A stretch of DNA of 64,000 nt from Mobula hypostoma (lineage: Eukaryota), in assembly GCF_963921235.1 (NCBI RefSeq), contig NC_086097.1, positions 74,650,001 through 74,714,000 of the forward strand. Direction: 5' to 3'. Under the pieces are notes generated by a model. It did not search any database. It was not told where the DNA came from and saw only the letters and a list, made by a program, of their open reading frames with translations. The translations under genes and the position numbers were made by a program. The first letter of the stretch is position 1; every line of letters starts with the position of its first letter. This document shows positions 52,636-64,000 of the stretch, in pieces.

Positions 52636-52943
52636 AGTCACCACCAGCAGCACAAAATGACAGACAAGCATTTTTTGTAACATCTGGAAAATGCTTTTAT
52701 TTAACTAACTTCATGTATTACGCTGTATCACTTGTTCTTGCTGATTGTGTGTTGCTGGTTTTCTAACTTATACCTGCAACCACTTGCACTCTTTTCCCCT
52801 CAGGCTTGCTTCTCTCTGCTCTACTTGGTGTATATATATTTTCTTTTCTGACCTTTGCCTCTGTCAAAATTCCACTGAAGTTCTACAAAACCCCCCAAAA
52901 AAGAACCTCTTTCTTTCAGTTGGGTACTTCACACATTTCTGCT

Positions 52944-53455
52944 TTAGATTAGATTAGATTCAACTTTATTGTCATTGTGCTGAGCACAGATACAAAGCCA
53001 ATGAAATGCAGTTAACATCTGACCAGAGATGCAAAGAATAGTGTTATTTACAAAATAACTATGAATAAAAAAAGTGCTACAGCACACAAATATAAAAGTA
53101 CTGAGACAGTACAATATGGATGCAATACTGCTTAGCGCTGTGATGAGAGGTTCAGCAGGGTCACAGCCTCAGGGAAGAAGCTCTTCCTGTGCCTGTTGGT
53201 GCGGGGGTGAAGGCTCCTGTAGCACCTACCGGATGGGAGAAGAGTAAAAAGCCTATGGTTAGGGTGAGATGCATCCCTGATAATGCTTTTCGCCCTGCCC
53301 AGGCAGCGTTTATGGTAGATGTTCTCTATGGTGGGCAATTGGGTGCTGATAATCTGCTGGGCAGTTTTCACCACACGCTGGAGTGCTTTGCGGTCCGATA
53401 CGGGACAATTGCCATACCACACTGAGATGCAGTTGGTGAGTATGCTCTCAATGGT
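52944..53455 (-). mobile_element. Rex1-like LINE 3' end
   Basis: WYGNCPVSDRKALQRVVKTAQQII..DASHPNHRLFTLLPSGRCYRSL..KSFFPEAVTLLN; (TCTAA)n tail. Confidence 0.85.
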
Positions 53456-56400
53456 AATTTTACATCAGAACTATGCCTCTGTAAATCCTTTATTATTGCT
53501 TAATTCCCATGCTTTTTTATACATTCTCTTTTACTGTTTCCTTCTTGTGTTCCCCTGATTATGTACATGCTAAGAAATAAGTCATTAATGTGTAACTTTT
53601 CCCTGTTCTGATGAAACATTAATTTTTTCTGTTTTTAAACAGATTTAGTCTGAAATGCTGAGTCTCTAGTATTTCTGCTCTTCACATTCATTTGTGTTTG
53701 TATTCTAAACCATCATCACAATTCTTATTTGATGTTAATGAAATGTTCTCATTTAGCCTCTAAGAGAGCCCATATGCAAAATGTTACTCCAATTCAGACA
53801 ACCTTGGGAATTAAGTTGTAATTTCTTCTCATGCGATTGTTTCGTTAGATGCTGAGAGGTATGTCAGTGTATTCTGTAATACAAAATTGTTAGAACACAG
53901 TAGAAGGCCTTTTGCCCCTTTAAGTCTGGACAGACTCTTTGTCGAGCAATCCCAGACCTGTTTTCCTGCGGATCTTTCCAAGTATAAATCCAATTCTATT
54001 TTGAAAGCTATGATTGAATCTGAAAGCACTGTACTTTCAGGCAGTATATTCCAATTCATAATCACTCACTGCATGAAATGGCTTTTCCTTGCTTCAGCTG
54101 TGGATCTTTAGCCAATTACTTTGTCTGTGTTCTCTGGTCCTTGAATACTTTGCCAATGGGAACAATTTCCTCTGTTTACTCTACCTAAGCACATCTATTT
54201 CATTGCATTCCTTCTCATATCTCTAAATGATCTCTTGACTAAGAACAATCTCAGCTTCCCAGGTCTACCCTTCTAGCCGAAAAGAAACAGTGCTGAAATA
54301 ATTCTTAGTAAGTTGTTTCTGCGTCCTTTGGTGAAGTGTATCACTGCAGTCCTCTGTATTAGGTTTTATTTGCCCCTCCCATGTGTATGTCTATTTCATC
54401 AGACTTGTCTATATCCTTTTGAAGTCTATCATCCTCATTATGTATCACTCAGTGTTTAATCATTTGCAAATTTGGTAACAACTCTGCACTCTCATGTCTA
54501 AGTTATTATCATAAAGCACCAGCACCAACCTCTGGAAAATACCCTATTATCTCTCTCCAAACCAAAGAACAACTATTCATCATAATTCTTTCCCCCAAAT
54601 GCATTTCATAATCACAGTACCACCCTTTCATTTTATGAGCTTCATTTATAGTATTCAATAGGGAATATTTAAGGAAGAAATTCAATTTGTAATATTGTAT
54701 TTGAGTGTATCAATTTGATTAAATTACTTGTTTGCTGAGGCCACTCAGATGCCGCAGACAGTTTGCACTTGTAATGCTTTGCGAGAATGATGCAAGCTTG
54801 ATCTACAATTAACTGGGAGCACCAGATACAAATTTTAATAACAATTCAAATGTACTTTTTAGAAACATAAAAATACATCCACAATAGGGCTTTTTATTTT
54901 TCTTGATGCTGTAACATTTGTAATAATTGCAACTAATGTGCTATTAAGCAATGGTCACTCTCTCTTGACTTGTGATCGACATGATATTCTTGAATAGTAG
55001 GGAACTAGCATTGATTTATGTAATGGTACACAGCTTCATGTTTTATTTGTGCATGAAATAACACGAAAAGTATAGTTTAATTTTGTACATGTTTTAGCTG
55101 TGATAATGAAAGGCTGCTTTTTGATGGAAAATATAACTGCACAGTGAAGTGGGGATGGGTTGTGAAAGAGAGGAAAAATTGTAACTTGGCAATTGTGCTA
55201 AAAATTAATCTGTCATGTGAAAATCTAAATCAAACCTTTGGTTTGTTAGGATCAATGCCAAAATGGTGAATACTAAATACCTGCCTGATTTTTTAAAAAA
55301 AAATGCAGAACCATTTATGCTAAATGATTATAATTATTTAGATTTTAAATTGTATTGACCTTGGAATTCTATCACAAGACAACAAAACTATCAGAGTGTC
55401 AGAACATTGGCCATGAAAGTGGTGTCCTCTACTGATAAATGGATTGGAAATTGGCTACCCAGGAGTGGAATGGGCCATTAATTTTAATCAGAGGTGATGT
55501 GGAAAGGAGAATAGACATGCCACAATGTCAACAGCCCAGTAGGTGTTAAGAGAGACCACACAACCTTCTCTGTTACTTGTTTTAGCTATTAGTTTAGGTT
55601 GGGTGAAGACAGAAAGGCATGTCTAGAATTGAATGACCAGGTCAGCCAAAATATAATGGAGAAATCAGGTGTTGCAGAAATAATAACAGAGAGGCACTTA
55701 GATGCAAGGACGCTCCACTGACCAGACAACGGCAGAGCAAGTTGACAATGGCCAGTTACAATATTTTAATATCTACTCAGACAATAAACTTGTATGATAT
55801 TGTATTCTGAGAAATGAATGTGAAAGCTAATGTTTTTTTTCAAAGTAACAATTTCACTTTTATCTCTGAGTCAATAGGAAGAATTGTTCTGGTTATCATT
55901 GTAGCCAAAAAGATATCTGGAACTGGCTTTCCTATTTCTGTTGCTCAAGTCCTTGAGAATGCTCAAAATATTATTTATTTCATTTGGCTGTCTCCCAAAT
56001 TTTAATGCGGGATTTTTCTGTTTCTGCACTCAGGTGCACTGAATCACATGGACGGTATTAGAAATTAGTGCTAGTCAGGAAAATGCTTGTAAAATCAGGC
56101 AAATTCATCCAGTGTTGTGCATGGTAATCTTCCTGACTGCATTTTAAACTTAGTCACACCCTGGGGAAACAAAAGTAAGATGCAGCCAAGATGACTATTT
56201 TTTTTCCAGTGTACTGTAACACAATTCCACACAAAATATTCAAATATGTTACTTTGGAAGTTTAATAAACTGTTTGTCTCTTTCTTTTATTTCATTCAAT
56301 AAACCCAGCTTTCTTTTTATGCCAAAAGCAAGAACATTTTGTTTCTATTTTGATATATCTATGTATTTTTAGATACAGTACTTACCTCAATATATGAATG

Positions 56401-56477
56401 TTCTACATTTAACTAGGGTATTCATTTAATATGTATCTATTTCAATATTAACATATTTTCAAATTTTATTTGGACAG

Positions 56478-56543
56478 ATGAAGATCAACTGCGCACCAAA
56501 GGCTATGACAAAACACCTGACATTATTTTGGAGGTACCAGTTG
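56478..56543 (+). CDS. CDIN1: CDIN1 coding exon (exon 9 equivalent), 66 nt, containing the TPD motif of the PD-(D/E)XK nuclease-like domain
   Basis: ggacag acceptor, gtaagt donor; (D)[21 protein letters not shown] vs recalled human [21 protein letters not shown]. Confidence 0.96.
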
Positions 56544-57328
56544 GTAAGTCTCTGCAGGTTTACATGTACCCAACCAATCATAAATTTATGAAATGTGCAT
56601 ATTTTCCATTTGTTGTATTTTACACATGATTGATATGGTATCAAATTGCATTGGAAGAACCATTACGAAGCTCTGGTGCTTGTGAATGCAGTCAACCGTA
56701 TCTCCTTTTCTCTGCTCAATATGCCCTAGGCTGTTAGTTCCCCCTACCCTTTGAAAATGTTTGAGGAATTTTCTTTGCACATTGAGTGATTAGGATCTGG
56801 AATATGCTGCAAGGGATAGTCGTGGGAGGTAGATTCAATTATAGCATTTAATAGGCAGCTGAATAAGTCTCAGCGTAAAGAATTTGCCTAGCTATGGGTA
56901 GAGGGCAAAGGAGAGGGATAGCAAATTGGTTTTCATAAAGAATCTGCAGGCTCACCCTCAGACCAAGTAACCTCTTCCTGTGTTGCGTCATTTTGTGATT
57001 CCTTTCATCGACCACTCCTTCACTATGGAGCCCATTTTGTACACCGTCATCTTTCCGTCCTCGAGAGTTCATTAAATTTCTTCTTCCAGCCTTGCATCTT
57101 GTTTCATAAATTTTACTTACCCTTCCTGTGGAAGTTACTTTTTCATTGTAGGTCTCTATTTGCCATCTATTTGTAGGGTAGAGAGCAAAATCATTTGTTG
57201 TGATTGTCACTCTTGGGATAGTCATATTAAATATATTTTTGTTATTGCGAATTATTTATTTGCAAGACAAGCTGGAAGAGCTATCACTCAACGAGCACCA
57301 TAGAAAAAAACAAGAAAAAAAAACACTT

Positions 57329-58060
57329 GAGCAACACACAAAATGCCAGAGGAACTCAGTAGGTCAGGCAGCATCAATGGAGGGGAATAAACGGCCCATG
57401 TTTCAGGCCAAGAGTCTTCATAAGAACTGGAAAAGAAGGGATCAAAAGCCATATAAGAAGGTAGGGTGAGGAAGAGGAGTATAAACTGCAGGTGATAGAT
57501 GACAGCAGATGGGTAGGTGGAGGGGAGGGGTGATGAAGGAAGGTGAGAGGCAACAGATGGAAGTGGTAAAGGGCTAAAGAAGGAGGAATCTTACTGGAGA
57601 GGTGGTAAAGAGGAGGAGGTGGGGAACCAATGAGAGGTGATGAGCAGGTCATGAGAAGAGGAGTGAGAGGGAAACCAGAATGGGGAATGGATGAAGAAAG
57701 AAGGGGGGGTGAAGACAAATAAAAAGGGGGGAGTAATTATCTGAAGTTAGCAAAATCGATGTTCATACCATCAAGTTGAAAGCTAACCAGGTGGAATATG
57801 AGGTGTTGGTCCTTTAACCTGATACTGACCTAATCATAGATGTAGAGGAGGCCATGGACCGACATGTTGGTCGTACTCTTTCCCATTCCCACCCCTTCTT
57901 ATTCTGATCTCTGCTCCCTTCATTTCCAGTCCTGATGAAGGGTCTCGGCTTGAAATGTTGACTATTTGTTACCCTTCATTGTTGTCTAATCTGTTTCATT
58001 CCTCTGACATCTTGTGTGTGTTGCTCAAGGTTTCCACCATCTGCAGAATTTCTTGTGTTT
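57329..58060. mobile_element. Penelope-like insertion: minus-strand GIY-YIG end and terminal repeat joined to an inverted terminal repeat
   Basis: 57750-57870 minus strand encodes an endonuclease C-terminus (..QHLIFHLVSFQLDGMNIDF); plus arm has CTGATGA..GAAATGTT at 57932-57959; possible TSD aaaacactt. Confidence 0.8.
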
Positions 58061-58283
58061 AAGAGAAAACACTTTTTGTTTTCAACCCAGTAATCTCAAA
58101 CTTGCAATGAAACATGCTGACACAATGTTTCAACTCATCTTCAATGACTTTCAGCTGATATCTTACATATAGTAATTAGATATATAATAAAGTCACAACA
58201 TCAATAACAACACAAACTTTCCATCCCACTTTTGTAAGACTTTTGAAAGGTCTCCCAATGTAACAAAATGGACTCTTGACCTT

Positions 58284-58705
58284 GAACATGAATTCTCCAA
58301 CTTCTGGTAATTCCCTCCCCCTCCCTTCCCCTATTCCTATGTCACTCTGCCCCCTCCCCCAGCTGCCTAACACCTCCCTCTTGGTTCCGCCTCCTTCTAC
58401 TACCCATTGTGTTTTCCCCTATTCTTTCTTCACCTTTCCTACCTATCACCTCCCTGCCTCCCCTCCCCCACCCCTTTATCTTTCCCCTTACTGGTTTTTC
58501 ACCTGGAACCTACCAGCCGTCTCCTTCTCACCCTACCCCACCTTCTTTATAGGGCCTCTGCCCCTTCCCCCTACAGTCCTGGCGAAGGGTTCCGGCCTGA
58601 AATGTCGACCGATCTTTTCCACGGATGCTGCCCGACCTGCTGAGTTCCTCCAGCGTGTTGTGAGTGTTGCTTTGACCCCAGCATCTGCAGATTATTTTGT
58701 GTTTA
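58284..58705 (+). mobile_element. Penelope-like 3' fragment with 14-bp TSD, inserted in a LINE 3' UTR
   Basis: TSD ggactcttgacctt at 58270-58283 and 58706-58719; variant hammerhead CAGTC-CTGGCGA..GAAATGTC-GAC near 58574-58609. Confidence 0.82.
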
Positions 58706-59467
58706 GGACTCTTGACCTTATTGTCTCCCTGCAAAACGATTTCTCCCTAACTGTAACACTTTATTCTGCACTTTATTATTTTATCTTGTACTACTTCAAA
58801 GCACTGTTGTGATGAATTGATCTGTATGAACAGTACATAAGTCAAATTTTTCACTGTGCCATGGCACAAGTGACAATAATAAGCCAATTTACCAATAATC
58901 AGAGCAAAATTTAGAAATTGATATGAAATCACTTGAGTAAATATGAAATGGTTTTAGTGCAATAGAAGTTTACCACACAGAAGGATGCAGTTTTGCCTAT
59001 TGTGGCAATAAAATAATTCCACTGCTGTGCTATTTCCCAGTGCAACAAGTGAATTGGGGAAATTGGAGAAGAATAAGAAATATCTTTATTTTCATTTCCC
59101 AAATATGATAATGCCTTTGTGTTCTTCATGTAGGTAAGTGACTAAAAAGTTGAAATGAAGTGTAAATGCTTTGAATTATGATTACTAGATCAAGTGATAG
59201 TTGCCTTCTAATATAGTATATTTTACAGTTTGAGGACTATTGAAATGGGGATTTGTTCTAGGATAATTGTGCATATTTTGACAATAATGCATTTTTAACT
59301 TCATGGTAATGGAGAATTTATGAATATGTTTTCTTAATTGTTTCTTAATCTTCCCCTTTCATAGGAAAGATTTCTTGAAAGTTTTTCTTTCACCCAAAAC
59401 AGACTGATTGTGGTGCTTTAATGCCCTTGCTCTTTTGAGTTGTTACTGTTGCTTTGAAACCTGATGT

Positions 59468-59619
59468 TGTGTTGTATAGTGGGTTAACCACTGGCTTCAT
59501 ACTTCAGTTCACATAGAATTTTGGCCTGTTATTTTGTTAGCCATGGCTAATAAAATGACAAACCAAAGTTCTATGTTAACTGATGTATGAAGCCAGTGGT
59601 TAACTCACTATACTACACA
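59468..59619. repeat. 152-bp loopless imperfect palindrome
   Basis: Two 76-bp arms centred on ttagccatggctaa (axis between 59543 and 59544); 9 mismatches by manual count, no gaps. Confidence 0.9.
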
Positions 59620-62600
59620 TCTGTTTACTTCGTTTCTCTGACTTTCTGAGGCACTGTTCCTTATATGAAGAGCTTTTGCTTTAAGTTTCAAATTGGTTAC
59701 TTTTTGCTGACATCAGAATATTACGTGGGCTTCAAAAGAACTGTGAAACATTGAAGATGTCCAAAGGTGTAGAAAGGTACAATATCAATACGAATGTAAA
59801 AATTCTAATTTTAAAGTTGTTTTGTTCCAGGAAAAGTATTGTAATCTTCTCTCATAATTTTCTCAATTTTCTTCATTATTTTAAATATCTATTTGCTTTC
59901 TAATATTAGGTGAGCATAATCCAGGTTTTCCATCTCATCAGAGCTCACCTATTACATTCCCTGTTTATTATCCTACTCATCTGCCTAAAATTTTACCATG
60001 GCAAGTACAATCTTCTTAATGCATACTACCTATAAACCATTCTCAGTCCTTCATTGTGACCAAGCCCAAGGCTCTGACAGTTTTATCTTGAGTGGCTATT
60101 AGCATACAGTTCATTACTTGGACGTGATAATACATTCACTAAGCCTTTATTTAAGGTAGGCTGAGTGAGTGTGTGTCTGTCTGTCTGTCTGTGCATGCGC
60201 ACATAAAAAGATGAATCTCAGTGTTGTATTTGATTTACCTACTTTGAACTTTGATAAACAGGAAGAGAGCATTTATTATAAATTAGCATTAAGATCAACC
60301 CAAAATTGTGGGTTGAATGGCCTATTCAGAGCTGTACTGTTCTGTTCTAAGCCATTGTAGAAATTATGGAATTTAGGGAAAAATAACTATAATCTATGAG
60401 ATCCTTTTTGTTGCTTGAAGAACAGTTTCCATATATTTTGCTGTATGATCACAAATTTGACTACCAGAGTGATAACTGTGGAAAAACCAACAAGAGACCA
60501 AAGAAACTGTTGTCTTCTTGTCTTCGCTGTAATGTAAATATTCCAAAAACACATTCAAATGGGACATGAAAGATATATCCATTTATTGAACAAATGAGAC
60601 ATCAGTGTTCTTGTTAGACTGCCTACGTGATGAGTTATGATTATCAACCACATTGCAAGTGGTTGCTGCGTCTTGAGTTCCTGGAGAATGATGCCCTTAA
60701 CGATTTGAATTTCAGCCATTATCAAACTGCAGCATGCATCGTGAACTGGCTTGCACCTTTTTTGTCATTACTTCCCTCAGATTTAGAGAAGGTGGTGACA
60801 GCAAGCTGATAACCTACTTTCGTGTCATATCCTGAAGTAACTCGCATAAGTACAATAGGTGCCTGATCTGTTTCATACAACCATACAAGCATCAACATAC
60901 TCATTACATAGCTTTTAAAAAGGCATTGTTGGTATTTCCTTGATTGTAGTGACACACCTGGTGTCTAGGATTAAGTGTACCTCAGTTTTCCATGGTAAAT
61001 GGAACAAATTTGTGAATTGAAAAGTTGTCCCTAAATTTTAAAAAATTGGTTGTGATATACAACCATATTATTTACTACTCATCCTGTGGGATGTACTGAA
61101 ATTCCCTGAGGTCACCAGGTGGGTTCAAAGAATCAATTGAACTCATTTATTTATCAGATCTGAGTTACATTCTACTTGTCAAATTATCCAATTTTCTTCC
61201 TTTAACTTTATATTCATGATTGAACCCCTGACACTGTCAACAAGCTCCCACAGGTCTGTATCCCGCATTACTGCTCCCAGCAAATAAATTGGGATTTGGT
61301 ATCTGTTTCATCCATATTTTTGCAGATCTTAAGTACAGAAGTAATGGTACCTAGTCAAAATAATTTCTTTGTCTTTCTTGAGCAGCAATGCCACCAGCGA
61401 TTCTATATTATATGAAATATTCTGCTTTACACCCTTGCCTACATTGGCGTTCCAATTCTGGCAATATTTAGGTTTTAAAACATTTGTCCTTTTTTTTTAA
61501 ATTCTTTCATGGCCATCAGTCCCTGCTATCTCCATATTAATCTCTAGTTCACAATTTCCAGGAATGTCTCGAGTCAGTTAATTCATGCCTTGCATTCATT
61601 ATGCTAATTGTACATCAAATTTAGTGTGTTTTCAACTCAATTTAGGCTGTAATATTTGCTTTTAAATTCTTCAAACTTCTTAAAACCGTCCTCTTTGAGC
61701 AAGGTTTTGCTTGTTTAATTTTGTATTATATTTGCTTTGAGTTAAAATTATGAGTTGATGATGCTCTTGACAAGTTCTTTGAGTATTTTCCTATATTCAG
61801 ATTAAATGTAGCATCTGTTGATTTTGAAATAAAAGTCTTAATTTACACTTAATCTGTGTTTAAATCTTGTGCATATCAGTAAGAATTCTTCAGTGTTGGG
61901 TCAAGGAAGCACACCATTGCCTTAATCCAAAGGTCAGGGATCTTCATTAGAGTGTGCTATTCTGTTGTTACTTTCAAACTACTGTAAATCACAGTGCCAA
62001 CAAGTCTGTGAGCAAACGTATAGCTGCAAAATCTATTTGTTTGAATAGCAATATGGTGAAGTTTTGTTTGGGGGATTAGAGATTATTCCAGTTCATTTCT
62101 GTTGGGTATCCTACTGCAATCTCAAAAAAAAATTAGAAATTTTTTTGTAACTCTTTGAATCGCGTGTCCCCTAAACATTGTGCATCATTTATCTGTGTCA
62201 ATTACATCTAACTGGTTGCTTCTGAACAATATCAATGGCCTGAATTAAACAGGCTGCTAGTTTTTGGTTGATATACTGTAAATAAATCATTGTCCCACAG
62301 GAAGTTCAAGGGCTTGCTGAGTTGTAAATTCTGCATTCTTTTGGCGCATGCATGCTTGGCAAAGAGTATTTGCATCACTGCCGAACAAAGGAAATTATAT
62401 TAATGGCAACACTTTTCGCTTGCGGAAGTGGAGGAGTGAAAAGAAAATAAATAACAATATATTGATCATCTATTCTTTTGTTTCAAATTACTTTGGATGG
62501 ATTAAGAAATTATCTTTATTTGTCTGTCAAAACTGACATTAAATCAATCATCATATTTAAATATATGATCAAGGTAACAAGAGATTCTTCAGAAGCTGGG

Positions 62601-62755
62601 AATATGGAGCAGCGCATGAAATGCTGAAGGAACTCAGCAGATCACGCACCGTCCATGAAGAGGAGTAAACAGTGGATATGCCAGGCTGAGACCCTTCATT
62701 GGGATATTTGCCCAGCTTTCTAAATTTTTACTAAATTAGTTTCTGGGAATGTCAT

Positions 62756-63465
62756 AAACACGAGAAAATCTGCATATTCTGAATATCTGAGCAACACACA
62801 CAAAATGCTGGAGGAACTCAGCAGGCCAGGCTGCATCTATGGAAAAACGAAACCCTTCAGCAGGACTGGAGAAAAAAGACTGAGGAGTAGATTTAAAGGG
62901 TTGGGGGGTGGGGAAGAAACGCCGGGTGATAGGTGAAACTTGAAGGGGAGGGATGAAACAAAGAACTAGGAAGTTGATTAGTGAAAGAGACGGAAGCTCA
63001 TGGAAGAAAGAAAAAATGCGGGAGGAGCACTAGACTAAGGCAATGAGTGGGCAAGGAGATAACATGAGAGAGGGACAAGGGGATGGGAAATGGTGAAGGG
63101 GGGGCATTACTGGAAGTTTGAGAAATCGATGTTCATGCCATCAGTTTGGAGGTTACCCAAACGAAATATAAGGTGTTGTTCCTCCAACCTAAGTGTGGCT
63201 TATCCCAACAGTGGAGGAGGTCATGGATGGATATATCGGAATGGGAAGTGGAATTAAAATGGGTGACCACTGGGAGACCTCGCTTGTTCAGGCAGACGGA
63301 GTGTAGATGCTCGTCGAAGCGGTCTCCCCGTTTACGTCAGGTCTAATCTACTCTTCAGCTTTTTTCTTCAATCCTGCGAAAGGTTTTTGCTCAAACCACT
63401 GACTGTTCCTTTTTCCATAGATGTTGCCTGGCCTGCTGAGTTCCTCCAGCATTTTGTGTGTGTTG
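62756..63465 (-). mobile_element. Penelope-like insertion with GIY-YIG endonuclease remnant and inverted terminal repeat, 13-bp TSD
   Basis: 63120-63345 minus strand: RKRGDRFDEHLHSV..LPVVTHFNSTSHS..LRLEEQHLIFRLGNLQTDGMNIDFS; inverted repeat 63346-63465; TSD ctgggaatgtcat at 62743-62755 and 63466-63478. Confidence 0.88.
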
Positions 63466-63569
63466 CTGGGAATGTCATTCCTTGATTTATAAACAAAGAC
63501 TATACCCAGAATTCTACAGAAAGGCAAATGGATAATTCCACCAAAAGTTAACCTTTTTGTTGAACAGCC

Positions 63570-64000
63570 TTTATTGAGATTGGAAAGGAAAGGGGCAGAA
63601 GCCAGAATAAGAAGGTGGGGAAGTACAAGCTGGCAGAAGATAGCTGAGAGGGAAGATGGCTGGGTGGAGGGAAGGGGTGATAAAGTAAGAAGTTGAGAAG
63701 GGATAGATGGAAGAAGTAAATGGCTGAAGAAGAATTCTAATAGGAAAGGACACTGGACCATGAAAGAAACAGAAAGAGGAGGGTAACTAGAGGAGATGAT
63801 GGGCAGGTGAGAGGGTAACCAGAATGAGGAATGGAAAGAAGAGAGAGGGGGGAATACAAGCAGGTGATAGGTGAAACCAGGGGAAGGTGGGTGGGTGGGG
63901 GAGGCATCAACTTTGCCTTCAACTTCCACCCTGCTCTCAAATTTACTTCGTTCATCTCTGACACTTCTTTCCATTTCCTTGATCTACCTACCTCCATCTC
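63570..64000. mobile_element. Penelope-like element: inverted terminal segment followed by plus-strand RT fragment (runs off window)
   Basis: 63906 onward translates INFAFNFHPALKFTSFISDTSFHFLDL (PLE RT HPxLKFT...FLD region); preceded by G/A-rich reverse-strand terminal segment. Confidence 0.75.

Noticed and set aside
59468..59619. Annotating the hairpin as a microRNA gene
   Set aside because: It has no terminal loop and I do not recognise a known mature miRNA; kept only as an unexplained palindrome
56544..64000. CDIN1 exon 10 (HWIESKASFG region)
   Set aside because: Not found by eye; probably downstream of the window, so no gene truncation is claimed

Overview
Vertebrate, AT-rich genomic DNA. 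The repeat families point to a cartilaginous fish, most likely a ray (inference). The window lies inside the CDIN1 (C15orf41) gene on the + strand. Eight short coding exons, equivalent to human exons 2-9, splice in frame through GT-AG junctions into 509 nt encoding (S)[169 protein letters not shown]. None of these exons appears in the ORF track. The first and last exons were not found and probably lie outside the window. The intron at 40872-44947 carries minor-spliceosome (U12) signals. The introns hold many transposon relics: CR1, Rex1/Babar-like, RTE and Nimb/I-like LINEs, a V-SINE, and Tc1/mariner, pogo and Harbinger elements or MITEs. They also hold numerous Penelope-like element (PLE) fragments whose terminal repeats carry minimal hammerhead-ribozyme motifs, some with intact cores in the sense strand of the pre-mRNA. 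Transposon-poor stretches rich in PBX-HOX and MEIS motifs look like the conserved enhancers known from the CDIN1/MEIS2 regulatory block, but conservation cannot be shown without alignment. No prokaryotic-type system or CRISPR array was seen. Repeat boundaries are approximate unless a target-site duplication (TSD) or terminal inverted repeat (TIR) is quoted.
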